From NCBI GenBank assembly GCA_009103225.1, contig RHPI01002823.1, positions 783,797-847,796 of the forward strand: a DNA stretch of 64,000 nucleotides, given 5' to 3'. Shown piece after piece: positions 24,577 to 37,697 of this stretch. How positions within the stretch are numbered: position 1 is the first letter of the stretch; the number at the start of each line of letters is the position of its first letter. Made by a program: the position numbers and the translations under genes. This DNA is from Chlorokybus atmophyticus (Eukaryota > Plantae > Mesostigma and Chlorokybus algae). The notes beneath the pieces are model-generated. The model saw nothing but the letters and a program-made list of their open reading frames with translations. It did no database searches and had not been told where the DNA came from.

Positions 24577-24679
24577 CTCCCCTGCCGCTCCTCGGATCGT
24601 CCGCGACCGCCGTCGCAGTGAAGCTGCTACCAGCTGGTGCGTTTGGTGTACAGTGATATCATAGCTCAAAGCAGCTAGG
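24577..24679 (+). repeat. 103-bp third copy of the CASTOR-like 5' fragment
   Basis: Matches 14897-14999 and ends at the N at 24680. Confidence 0.9.
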
Positions 24680-25249
24680 NTGCATTTGTCGGCTTATTTT
24701 ACGGTTATCAAAAGTCATTCCCCTTCCACCTTTTGTACATAAATGTTAACAGAAGCGCGAAAAGTAGGGTTGATGCAGTGGCGCTACATACCAATGTTTA
24801 AGTATATATCACACACAAAATGCAAATAAATATGAAACTTTTTTATACGAGACAGAGCTGTCACAACGATGCTACCCGGCCAATTGAGGATTGCACGCAA
24901 AATTGCGAAAAAAGTAATGATTTATGCAAAGTGTAGGATTGTTGAAAAGCAAGGCACGCCAAGCACCAGCAGCCAACACACGGCGGCCAATAGGACGATA
25001 TGACAAACAGCGATAAGATGTGAGTTCATGCATGGCGTAAAGCTGCGACTATCGCGGAAGCCTCGTCCGATGGCGCACGCAACCGAGTTGCATGCACCAA
25101 TTATCATAAATATGACTAGCATATGGGGTAGCAAGTGCTCAACTATGCTATGCGCGTCAGCGTCTTGCACCTATCTTCCCGGCGTTTCCCACAATGTCGT
25201 GCTGTTCTTCATGCATTTTCTTTGCACCTATTATGCACACGTCGTTCAC

Positions 25250-25707
25250 GAGAAAGGTCTTTTGATAATGTTGCAGCACGACTCTGTCACGGATTTGATA
25301 AAGCAGGACTTGGACGGTCGCGTGTGTGTGAATGAAATTGCTACGTGGGTGGCTGATGCCATTGGTCATTTACGTGTCGTTGCTGGGTAAAATGGCAGAC
25401 CCTCAGTCAATCCTCAATCTGACCCGTTACCTGTGCGTTTGATGGATGGAGAGGTGATGCAACAGCCTCACCACTCGTCTCTTTACTTGTGGCTGTCCTC
25501 GAACATTCTTATTGCTCACGGCGAGTTGCGCAAGCAGGTATATTATCGATGCAACAAATTAAACATGGGTGGCAAACCTGGCTCCTGCTTGGCTTTGACT
25601 CAGTGGGCCTTGCAAGCAGCCCACATATACATCATGTTCCCTCTCCGTCCCATGCTGGCTCTGCCTGGCCCGGACGTTGCAATGCCGTAAGGCGAAGCTG
25701 CTCGTAG
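25250..25707 (+). mobile_element. Degenerate hAT-like transposase remnant (tentative)
   Basis: One frame reads VTCAFDGWRGDATASPLVSLLV and PHIHHVPSPSHA, resembling the hAT motifs (C/V)T...DGW...PL.N.LV and PHI.W.PC.AH. It has in-frame stops and no intron-like structure. Confidence 0.4.
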
Positions 25708-26493
25708 GTAAGTGCAATAGGCACGTGTGCACAGCTGGAATATTAAAAGTGGTATACGTAATGGCGAGATCAACATGGTAGATACCAGCAGCGGGCTTGA
25801 GAGAACCACAGCATAATAACGGTGAAAGATGGTTAAAACGCTAACAGAAGGTAGTGGGGGCAAATAGGAAGACACAGTTGGCGACCACAACGACAACAAT
25901 TGCGATGACAGCAGACAGCAAGAAGACGTACGATAATTCAACGGGACATTCAACGCAATGATTATCCTCGGCAGGGTGCATGTAGCATCTGATATAGTAC
26001 GATAGTCAAGTTGTACAATGTGGCACAAGATATGCTTATTGACGCGATTTGTTGCGGATTGCCAAAGCTATAATTGTAATGTTGGTGCCGTTGCAATAGC
26101 CATAATGGCATATGTCCGCAATGTTTCTCATTCTCATTTTTGCAACACTGTTCATGGCATGCCTGTTGACCTCAATATATATGATAATGACTAATAACTC
26201 ATAGTATTCATTATGGTTATAATATTATACCACAATAAATTCAAATGACTCTCGGCACTGCGATAGTGAAACTACTTATGAAACTTTTTAAATCAATGGC
26301 TCGAGGTTTTTGTTGCGTAAAGAATACTGTGTTAACGTGGATGGCACGCTATTGGAACAATGCCGGCAAATGATTTTAGACATTACGAACTATTGGAACC
26401 ATGAACATACACCTCGTAAGCAACCTAGTAAAGGTCGTGCGTGCAGACCATATGCGTGCAAACCTTAAATTTTGACGATACAACGTCGCAAAA

Positions 26494-26867
26494 TGTTTCC
26501 CTTACCGGCCGATTGGACATTGGCAACGGCCGTGCACCTGAGGATACTCATTTAGACTGTCGACCTTCAGTCTACCGGCAATCTCGATACAGGGACCTGA
26601 GCATAACGGCCGGCACCATTAGCTGGCGGCCATTTGCATAAAGGGACTGACCCTAATTAATAGGTACCTGTCAGGTACTCTACAGTTAAGCAAAGGGTGC
26701 TTGACCTTACTAACAGGTAACTAACCGATACCTATCAGCTAGGTACCGGCGACTCAGGCTGTACGCTAACTGAGCGAAATTGTCAGGTACCTTAAGGTAC
26801 CTACCGTTAATGATATGTACCTTGAAAGGTACCTGCTGGTACCGCTCAATCATGAATGGGTGTTACA
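26494..26867 (-). mobile_element. LTR-like remnant (374 bp)
   Basis: The minus strand reads TGTAACACCC...GGGAAACA followed by TTTTGCGAC (a degenerate PBS-like sequence). It is rich in GGTACC, as is the 3' LTR at 12464-12989. No TSD. Confidence 0.4.
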
Positions 26868-27296
26868 CGTGATTGTCATCATTAGCTGTGCAAGAGTGCG
26901 TGACAAATAATTAAAAACAAAAAAATAAATAAATTACAATGTAATATACTAAGCTACTACTACAACTGCTAGTACAACGAGACTACCACGACTGCTACCA
27001 CTACTGCTACTACTACCTTAGGTACTACTGCTAGTACTACCCTTGTACTGAGCTGCGGTTCCTGCACCGCCCGCTCCAGCTCCGCCGCCGTCGTTCCTTC
27101 TCCGCCGCCGCTGCCGCCGCCTGGCCTGGTCTGGCCTAGCCTGGCCTGGCCTGGCCGCCCAAAGGCAAGGAGGGTGGTTAGATGGCATGCGGTGTTGCGC
27201 GTAGTACAATTTTAGACAGCAACCAAGCTAACCTACAGCTAGCCAATGCCGCCGCCGCCGCCCACAACGCTGTTCTGTTTAACTTGAAGCCGTTGT

Positions 27297-27434
27297 GCGT
27301 TTGAATAACTTGGGCAGCCCAAGTTATTCAAACGCGTTGTCGCAACGGCATTATAGTATTATTATAATGGTACGAAAGTACCATTGTCGCAATGGCACTA
27401 TGGTACCATTGATATGGTACGATAGTGCCATTGC
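27297..27434. other. Cluster of near-perfect hairpins
   Basis: A 19-bp perfect stem at 27297-27335, an 8-bp stem with GAAA loop at 27366-27385, and a 20-of-21-bp stem at 27389-27434. Confidence 0.85.
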
Positions 27435-29562
27435 AACAATGGCACTGTTCGTACCATTGACATAGTACGGCGGCTGCATTGTACCAGCGTCTCGACTAGC
27501 CGGCCAGTACCACCGTCCCGACTTGCCGACCCTTAGGGACCGGCGGTCACTTGCTTATTATACTTGACACACAATAAGTAGGTCGCCGCCGCGTTAAGTG
27601 CACGACCGGCGATCGGCCGTCACTTAATAAACGCGGTAAGGTCACCTGATAGGGACTAACGGTGGCTGGCTTGCCAAAGTAGGCAGGCCGTCGCGCATAC
27701 TTTTCGACGGTCAGGGTACGACCGGCGATCGGCCGTCACTATATGTGACAAAAACGTGACTTATCCGCTAAACAGATAGGTCGCCATCGCGCAAATGGGA
27801 CGAGCGACAATCGGCCGTCACCTTAAAGTGCGATGTTGCCGTCACAGGCAAGCCGCCGTCGATTGTACTTATCAATCGACTGCTTGCCGTCGGTATATAT
27901 TGCTTGGTAGAAACGGCCGTCCTAAAAAGTCCCTTTATGGAACAATCCGTCACGTCGTAGGGTCAGGCAGGGTCAGGCACTCGTCAGGCCCTCAGTCCCT
28001 TGTCAATCACCGTGTAACATTTGCGACAAAGCTTACCGTACGATGACAATGTAACGCCACGCTCAATTTGATATAATATGTTCATTACGCCTTTTATTTT
28101 GCGCCTTTTGCTGCCACGGCCAGGTGATGTGTTATATTTAGGTTAGACCACTATGATTGGTGACATGTGCATTTAAGAGTGTAAGTATACAAGTATGGGT
28201 GCACTTGGATTTGATACCGGAACATGATGTTGTGACATATACATGCCATAACGACGATCAGTTCTACCTAAAGAATGGTAGTATTTGCGACGACAGCCAC
28301 AAGTATTGTCCCATGGGACAATATTATGTTTGCATTCTCATGGAGTTGTTTTTAAAGACATGAATGATGTTCCAAGTGTTTATAACACTCAACTTGAAGT
28401 AGAAGGAACTCTTTTTGTCACTACTTGAGTGTTACAATCTATCTTACATATATTGTTGTGACACAATAGCCGTTGAACAGCCATTTCAGTAAGTGCGCAC
28501 TTTTAGCCGATTGATCAAGCAGCAAGACAAACCCCAGCGCCACCACGGTTCACATTGCCCACACTTGGCAGATGCTAACATGTGGCGCTTGTGTATTTAG
28601 TAGGCCAGCATGCGAGTTACCAGTAGCGCTAGCCTTGCCTGCCTACCTCCACCCTTGCCTGCCTCGTTACTTGCCTCTGCGTTTGCATGCTTAGCTGGAG
28701 GTGTTCAATGGTGAGGGGGCTCATTGCCTTGGCTTTGCCTTTCACTTGCAGGTGTGATCTTAATCGCGATGGTCTTGTGTGTGTCTGCCGTTGTATGCTT
28801 GCGCCTCTTTGCTACTTGTTTATATAAACATGGTACACAATGCATGCGCGAGGTGACTACCATTAGTGTTGATGAGTGAAGTGTTTAGCAACTACCTTGT
28901 TGGATCTTGACTAGCACGAAGCGTGGGCAAGAGGCTTCTGCATGGTGGTAAACCTGGTGGTAAACCATGAATGCATGAAATGTGATCACCATTGTTCCCT
29001 CTCGATTGCGACATGATGCATACTTGCTGGACAAGCAGATGTGCTTTGCTTGAAAGCGGCATGGTGGCGTACACAGCACTTCACATACCCTATACACAAC
29101 CACGACAAGCACCGCTGCAGAGGGAGTTTCCGTGCGTGCCGTACATGCATGCGTGTGCTGACAAAACCCTAAGCCGGCAAGTGACAAGACGGCAGTAGGA
29201 GGCTGGCGGAGATGGCGGCGGGGGTGTGCGCGAAGCGGGAGGGCGAGTCCGTTGAGTCCTGCTGCTGGTGTGGCCGCTGCTGCTGCGAGGAGGCCGCTGA
29301 CCAAGGCGCATGTGCAGGTGATGACGCACGCATGCATGCATGCATGTCTAATGGGTATGGGCAGCAGAGAAGGTAGGTAGCAGCTAGGTTAGTAGCCCGG
29401 TGGTTAATGAGAGTGCTTCACAATGTGGTGAGTAGACTGCTCATGCATGTGTGTGTCACACTCTCATGCATGCCACAATCCTTGCATTCTAGTTATTATA
29501 CACTTGGCAGCAGCACTCACAGCAACTGAGCATATGCAAGTGTAGCATAGACCTGCGGACTC

Positions 29563-31958
29563 TCAACTAGCCATTGAGGTCCGCATCGAGCCCTGGGAAG
29601 TTGACGGGCCGGCAGCAGCTGAGCCTGCAGCCGCAGCGGGTATTAGGCCCTTCTTTGCCATGGCGTCTAGAATGCTGTTTAGCGCAAAGCAGACACTCTG
29701 AATCTGCTGATCCCATTGCATGAGCTCTTCAACATCCTTTTCAAAGTGAACCAAACTTTCCACCTGCCAAAACGGTGATACTCACATTTACTTGCCTTTG
29801 CTACATGCTAGCGCCATTGCCATGCTTCTGCTAGAGCACAAAACTCCTCACCTGGTCGATAGACCCTCGGATGCGGTCTTGTGAAATCATCTGCGCGGCA
29901 ACGTGCTCGGCCTTCTCTGCGGAGATGCCTAGAAGTGCCCCAAGCTCGTCAAAGCCGATGTTGGTGTATAACTTGCTGGCGGCTTGCAGATTGTGCTCGA
30001 TTACCGCACGCTCCAGCACGGTGGAGCCATCGGCCAGCGTTGCCAACTGCAACGATGCTGTTGGTCAGCCCGCCATTCAACAACGCGCTTGGTAGGAGAC
30101 TGCCATTTTAGGCAACTCAAGTCGGACACTCACCTGATGCGGTTTCAGTGTTTGCGCAAAGGCCTGGACTTCTGGCGGCCGGAGTATCCGCTCCAAGTAC
30201 ACCTTTTCCAGGATTGGGAACACGGGCAGCTTTGTACACCTCTCGTCTTTGTACAGTGTCGCAAGCACGCGTGACCTTTGCGGGCCGGCACCGGCAAGTA
30301 TGATACATGTTACTGCTGCTGTGAGCGCCTGCAAGTGTGCACAACCAGCCAGTAAGCCATCAACTTAAACCAGTAGTTGACAAAACGCAGGTACAGTGCT
30401 CCTGAGGTGGTAAGCACCTGTTCAAGATCAGCCTCGTCAACTTTCTGCCCACTAAGCTCCCGTTTCTCCAACTGCGACAACTCGTAGTATCTCAACGCCG
30501 CTTCTAAGAATTTTCTCTTCGCGTCCAGGATGCGTGCGTAGCAAACCTGCACACAGAGGTAGCTCAGTACACATAAGCTAACATGTGCCACCCTGCCACA
30601 GCGGAAGTACTTGTTTGCAAGACACATGCAATGACTGTTGCTACAATCTGGCGTTTACATTCCTGCTGCTGTTCCAAAGCTGCCACAAGACATGTAAGGA
30701 TGCACAACACTGCATGACCAACCGATTACCTTGTATTGCAGGTCCAGCGCCTCTTCCTTGCAAGTGGACAGCAAGAATGACGCCTTCTTGATGTAGGTCT
30801 CGGCTGATATAGCATCATCATCTTCCAAGTAGAGCTGAGCAATCTTTATGCAGTTCTTGAGCTTGTACTCGGCATCAACAGTGCGCACGCCTGAGTCCAA
30901 ATCAATGCCAGCCAAAACCTGACAAGCACCATCCGCATCACACACAGGTGGTGTTTGAGTGCAAATATGACGGTTAGCACCAACCTGAGCTGCTTTGGAC
31001 CACTCTTCGCCGAGCTCACACGCCCACGCAAGGCCTTCCCTAAGAGTTGTGACCTATCACAAGAAGCCTTCATCACATAAGTTATTACAAGTGCAGAGCA
31101 GCTATAGTAGGAGACAAGCTGTATACTGATCACCCCTTTGCCATCCAGATACCTGCTCATCGAACGACACCGCACGAGGCGTGATCACGTCAAGCGCATG
31201 CTGCGCAACCTGCTTGTAAGCGTCCGGCGAGAGTTTGCGCGTCTCAACAGCAAACGTCTGCAGCAGCGGCCGGGAGATCACCAGTGGCACATCGTCTGAA
31301 AGCACTACAAACAGGCGGCAGTTAGAGAATTAGACACTTGCATTGATGACAAAAACGACACTCAATGCCATTGCGAACTCTGCAGCACTGCATGTCGTGT
31401 GAGACACTCGACAGTACGGCAAGAGTTTGACTGTCTGTTGCAACAACTGGTGCTGACTGACGACAGAACAACCCCGAACGTAGTCGCTGCTTAGCAGCTG
31501 ACTCTGCAAATGACTCTCCCCATGCTGACAACGATTGACTACGTTCACGACAGCGGGCAATGTTTAACTTGTACAGCCGGCAATCTGTCCTTTCTACATG
31601 TGGGAGTGACATGCAGCGTGCAATCAAGCAAGGAAGCTTTCGGAACAGCCTCCAAGCATGCAACAAGCGAGAACTATGCCCAGCAGGGCTTATGCATCAA
31701 TGGCACGACGCGCGGGCACCAAAGAGGACTTGCAGTAACAACCGTTTATATACAGGTAGCATGCACGCAGAGAACTGTCATCAGAACAGCTGCTGGTCGT
31801 GCATGAGCATGCGGACAAGACTTACTGTGGTCAGCAAACGCGCAGCACTCCTCCACGTTGTCGGACTCTATGGCCTGCATGAGCTTGTTTCTGTAGGCAT
31901 CGGCCCTGCTCCTCTGGTCCCCATCCGAGCTGGCGATCGCCCTCCACACCGCCGCCAT
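29563..31958 (-). CDS. CSN4: COP9 signalosome subunit 4, multi-exon
   Basis: [126 protein letters not shown] and [12 protein letters not shown] at 29563-29565. Confidence 0.96.
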
Positions 31959-32007
31959 CGCCCGCCCCGCTGCCGTCCCCGCCGCCACGTGGCAGTCATC
32001 CAAGCCC

Positions 32008-32016
32008 AAACCCTAA
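32008..32016 (+). promoter_or_regulatory. Telo-box in the CSN4/CTF18 bidirectional promoter
   Basis: AAACCCTAA lies between divergent ATGs at 31958 and 32180. Confidence 0.55.
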
Positions 32017-32179
32017 TTCAGGTCCAACGTTTAGATGCTGCAAAGCTGCACATTGTCTAAATACCAATGGCTGATACGTTTTCCCGCCAAAAACGTTAAG
32101 CTGCTGAACGTTAGCTGAGGGAGAGGGCGTGGGCGTTGGCGTGGGCGTTGTTGGCGTGGGCGCTATCCGGTTTGTCAGA

Positions 32180-35100
32180 ATGGAGGAGCCTCCGGACATG
32201 GACGAGATGGAGTGGCTAGCGATGGAGTCCTCCATGGCCGAAGAAGAGCAGATGTTCCAGGAGCAGATGGAGCTGCTTGATGAGATGGACAAGCAAGCGG
32301 AGAAGCATGACAAGCAGGCGGCCAAGCATACTCAAGCAAATGTGTATGAGAAGGTTCAAGATGGTAAGCTCTTTTGCGCTAATGTACAACTGTTCGGCGT
32401 GGGCCTGCTTGGATCGTGTCAAGCAAGCAATTCAGATCAACCAACTAGTATTTTTACGTAAGCAAGTTTGCAAACAAGCAGCTATGAAGGGAGTAGCGTA
32501 AGCTTGCTACATTTACTTTAAATGCGATTTAGCTACTTTGTTGTCAATCGTACGGAGTGGTTGCCAACGTTGCAGGCATTCATTGCCATCACGAGTTAAC
32601 AGTAGAATCGCTGCTTGATACTATATGTTGACAGCTGGTCATCGTAACAGCATTGTTCAACAACTTGAAACTGTCGTCCAATGCCGACTCCTTAAGGCTG
32701 CAGTAGAAGTGGCAAAGTTGAAATGCAGCATGCCAACATTGCCGCGTGCTGATTGATGGACCTCGTGCAGGCGACATTGCGCATGCTGTTGAGAGAGAGA
32801 AGAAGCGCTTGAGAGATGCCCCCAGCGGCAGTCAGCAAGGTCACACAGCAGTGCAGCAGAGACTGTCATGTACGTGCTCTGGTCTCTGTATCTGGAGACG
32901 ATTGCATTATGTGCAGGTGGTGCTGAAGCCGCAGGTCCTGCCCCAACAAAGAAGCGCTGGGTTCCCATGTCAGCACCGACGCGCTTTGCATGGATGGGAG
33001 CTGCCGAGCAACAGGAAGGTGATGAAACAGAACAACAACAACAACAACAAGACCACACAGGCACCGATCCTAGCCCGTCCACTGCGCCGGAGGTGCCGCC
33101 ACCCGCTGCACGCAAGCCCGCAAAACCATGCAAGCGGGCAGTTGACATAGAAGGGCTGTGCTTCTCTGTCACTGCACCCGGCGGCGAGCGCGTGTATGTC
33201 GAGCTGGAGGATGATACGTGTGAGGAACCGGCCGCATATGCACGCGCCTCAGCGTACCGCAACGTTATTGCATCCACATCTGGTGAGACTCTTCAGCCTG
33301 TGCTATGCTTATGTGGACAGGGCAGAAGGTAATCAGATTTTTTTGTGGATGTAGTGGTCAAATTTTGCAATGTTCACAATGTTCGCTGGCTTAGGAAGGA
33401 AAGGGTTGCTTTCTGAGCCATTGGACGATCTATTGGAGCAAATCGAACAAGATCGCTATGACAGGGCTTTACAGGTAGTGGTAATACTAAGCAGACCTGA
33501 TTTGCAAGGCCCTGTTACTCAGGCTGTCAGCGCTATACACACATCCATGTTGTTTGTCGCGTCCCGCAGGAGTCAGACGCAGCCACGGCGCGCACGGCAG
33601 AGGCTCCATCCACAAGCAACCGATCCCAGAAAGAGCAGTTGTGGGTCGACAAGTATGCACCTCGCATGTTTACTGATCTTCTGAGTGACGAGAGGACCAA
33701 TCGTGAGGTAAGGAGCTACAATACTTTTGCTTAGGCAACAGGCGTAGTGAAGCAACTGCTACTGTGCGTTCCAAAGTAAACAGCCTGTTACTACTGTTTA
33801 TGTTCGTTTCTCTTGCAGGTGTTGCGGTGGGTGAAGGCCTGGGACGCGTGCGTCTTCAACAAGCCTTTGCCAGCATCCAAAAAGCTCCCCGCATTGCACC
33901 AAGTGAGTGGTAACCACAAACCGCTCAAGCCTTGGGAGGTCAGTGAAGAAATTGAGTTTGGCCCTGATGGACGACCTCAAGACAAGGTTGGTATCCCAAA
34001 CTTCTTAAACACAAGCTTGCAGACACGCATAACGACTTGCTTGGCTACAGGTGCTGCTGCTGTGCGGGTCTCCAGGCCTTGGCAAAACAACCCTTGCTCA
34101 CATTGTTGCACGACACTGTGGTTACCGCGTGGTGGAGGTCAGTGTCACTTGAACACTTGACTCTGCAACGGATAGGTGCTGTGGTGCAATCTGGTGCTTG
34201 CATGTTGAGTTGCATAAGACACGGCAGCCTTCCCAACCATACATACATCACACAGCACTGAAGGCAGTCAAAGAGCGCAAAAAGGATGCGGCTGACACCT
34301 GACCTCTACCCTGCAGGTGAATGCTAGCGATGACAGGTCAGGTGCCGTATTGACACAGCGCATCACAGATGCCGTGCAGATGCAGGCTGTGATGGGCGAC
34401 AGACGTCCCAACTGTTTGGTGAGCTGCTGAAGGTTGAGTCATTTGCTGCGCGCACTTTGCGCCTGGGTTTTGCCACGCGTTACAACTCAGTAAGCGTCTC
34501 TTGCTAGTGGCCATGTCATGATGGCGTCATCCATGGCAGGTGATTGATGAGATTGATGGTGTTAGTGGGGGATCTGACGCCAAGGGTGCCATTGAAGCCT
34601 TGATACGTATTGTAAGACAATCATGATGTTGTTGCAAAACAAAGGTGCTGGTTTTTACGTTAACACCAGCAGGTGATGTGCAGGTGCAAGCTGAAGCTGC
34701 CCCGGTTGCAAATGCATCCGCACCTGAGGCAAAGAGCAAGAAGCGCAGTGCTGCTGCGACTGCTCGACGCTTGTGCCGGCCGGTAAGAGCTATGCAGCAC
34801 GTGTCAATGTGCAATACAACACTGTTTGTTTCTATGGTTCAATATCATACTGTCTGTTGCCTTTGGCCTATGCAGATCATTTGCATCTGCAACGACCTAT
34901 TCGCACCTGCCCTGCGGCCTCTACGTCAGGTAGCCAGGTACAACTGGTTTTTATAAGCTAGAACGGTGCTGGTGTCCAGGCTGTAACCTGACTTGCGATC
35001 CATCGACAGGGTGTATAGGTTCAATCAGCCCTCCGTCCAGCACGTTGTGTCCAGGTGAGCCCTCCCTCCACAGACGTCAACTTGGCTGCCTTGATACATT

Positions 35101-37697
35101 TACTACGTCATAATACAAGTATCTGCCTGACTTGCACCACGTCTACAGACTTAAGTACATCTGCAAAAAGGAAGGCTTTCATGTGGATACAAGGGCCCTC
35201 AGCGCGCTGTGTGAGTTCACAGGTTGGTCACCAATGCAAACCAATGCTGAACTTGATGGCCACTGTTGCGTGTCATGCATCTGGGAAGTTTACAAGTTCT
35301 TGTCCGTAGAGTGTGACATCCGCTCTTGTCTCAACACGCTTCAGTTTCTGCACCAACAGGGCAAGAGACTCCAACCGGTGAGCTAAAATCTCCGCTTGTT
35401 TGCATTTCACCACATTGTAGCAATGCATGGTCAGTGTTGAAGCATTAAAAACGAATAGTGTGCCCGAATACTCAGGCGGATCTTGCGAAACAAGTCGTGG
35501 GGCGGAAAGACATGGCGCAGAGTGCACTTGACGTCTGGAATCAGGTCAGTGCGCAGCATATTGTCATGAACCAAACACAACATACGGTAGCCATGCGCAC
35601 ACTGCTGTTGATGTCTCTGCTTTACGGCCGTGCAATGTCAGAAGCTCAGTGAACATGCTGCTAACTTGTCTCCTGCTTGCTGTCCTGTATTGTAGATATT
35701 CTTCCAAAGGTTCCGGAGGAGGCGCATGGAGACAAACTCGTCGAGTAGCGGCTCAATCCCAACATCAGCGCAGCAGCGAGAATGGAACCAGCTGTTTTCA
35801 ATGCTCATGTCCATGTACGCTTCAGCACCATGTCTTTGAAGTCCTCGCAGCATTTGTTATGTACATCTGTCATGATGTGTGTGAGGATTTGCCAATTGGT
35901 CTCTTGTGCTTGATGTGCATGTCTTGTACAGGGGAGACAACCAACTCATCATGGACGGCTGCTTTGAGAACCTGCATGGCGTGCGTTTCCATAATGGCAC
36001 GCTCACAAAGACGGTTCGCCATCCATAAAGTTCAAGGCCTAATTTGCTTGAAGTAACATGCAATGCCTGAGCAACATGTTGTACACAGGTGGATTGCTTG
36101 GATTGGTTGGGTGATGCTGACTTGCTGATGCGTCGATCGTACACAGGCGCAAGGATGCATCTGCAAGGTATGTGTAGATAATTGTTGTCAAGCACTTGGA
36201 AGTTGCATGCAGCTTGGCAGCATCGCTTGTGCAACAACGCCTGTTTTTGTTCGCAGCATATGTTCCTGCTGCTGCAATGGCTATGCGCCACATTGCCAGT
36301 GCCACAGAGAGACCAAAGCTGGAGTGGCCAAAGTCACTGTTCAAGTAAGTCTACAGTGTGCAGCAAGCTTTGTGTAAAACCTGAAGTACTCTGAGATTAC
36401 CAGTTTTTGCTGTCAAGTTAGTGTGTGGCTGCTATCAAGTTGATGTGTGCATGGCAGGTTGCGACAAGATCAGAACAGTAGGAGGAGCATTGTTGACAGC
36501 TGGATCAAGGGCGTGAAGCCCGCGACCTACGTGCACATGAGCGTGTTGTCGGCAGTGCAGGACGTCATTTCACCACTGGTGACCATCATCTCGCCAAAGC
36601 AACTGCGGCCGGTATTAATTGGTAGCAATTCACTGCGTGCCATAGGCATCACCCAACACTATGCATCTGACATGTAATGTGTGCAGGTAGCCCCGCAGCT
36701 GCTTAGTGATGAAGAGAAAGCACTGCTTGAGCATGTCATTGACGCAATGATCACGCTCAACTTGACATACACGGCGCCATCCCGCGGCCATGCACCCATT
36801 GGACTCCATGCCAACGGCCTGCAGCCAAACCTTTTTGCTGGACCCCAGCTGGAGCCTCCAATCGCTCTACTACTGCAATACCAGGTAGCAGGTTGAACAA
36901 TATCACATCGTTGTATTCTTACCTATGACATGCGGTCTTTTAATAATAACAATAATGACAAAGCTGCTGCACGCAGGGTCGTTGCGCTCAGCATCAAGAG
37001 TTGTCAGCTCCTGTACGACTTATGCTGGCACACGAGGTAGAGTTCTTGCCGGTAGTCACCAGCAACTGGCCAATGACAACGTGGCCCAACATGTCATGCC
37101 TCGTTGGTGAACATCTATACTCGTGTCTTGATGGCGCATGTGTGGTGTAGGTTGAGCTGGAAACAATCAGAAGGGCTCCCTCAGCTCAGCCCAACTCCGC
37201 AGAACAGCCAAGCACTTCTAACAGCAAGCAAAAATCGGCACATATCTCTACTCCTGCTGCAGAGTCTGCCAAACCAGCACCGGATACACGACAGGCTCAC
37301 AAGGAACAGCAGCCTCAACCAACGAGAAAACCAACCTTCCTCGATGCGTAAGCTGACCGTGTCTTAGCTTATGGTGTGCAACAACACAAGCACCGCTGTT
37401 TGTTGCCAATGAGTGATTGCTGCCTCGCTCAACTGTGTTACTCGCAGGTTTCGAAACATCAATCGCAAGCGTGCTGTGGCATCGGCTGCAGGAGGCGCAC
37501 AGCCGGCACATGCCACTCTGCCCGTAATATACAAGTTCCACGAGGTTCGTACCTGGTTTGGCTTGTATACTGTCAACAGTCTACCCAAGGCAGACATGCA
37601 GAGTTACCACCTTGAGCACAACGCTGAGGAACTTGTATCCTCGCAGGGTTTCACAAATGCGGTTCGTCGACCTGTATACATGAAAGACCTGTTGTGA
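32180..37697 (+). CDS. CTF18: Chromosome transmission fidelity protein 18 (alternative RFC clamp-loader subunit), multi-exon
   Basis: [23 protein letters not shown]|VLRWVKAWD, Walker [25 protein letters not shown]|[44 protein letters not shown] and C-terminal YKFHE|[16 protein letters not shown]. Confidence 0.95.

Noticed and set aside
27297-27434. Hammerhead or other ribozyme in the hairpin cluster
   Set aside because: No CTGATGA core on either strand, and the GAAA is a tetraloop closing its own stem.
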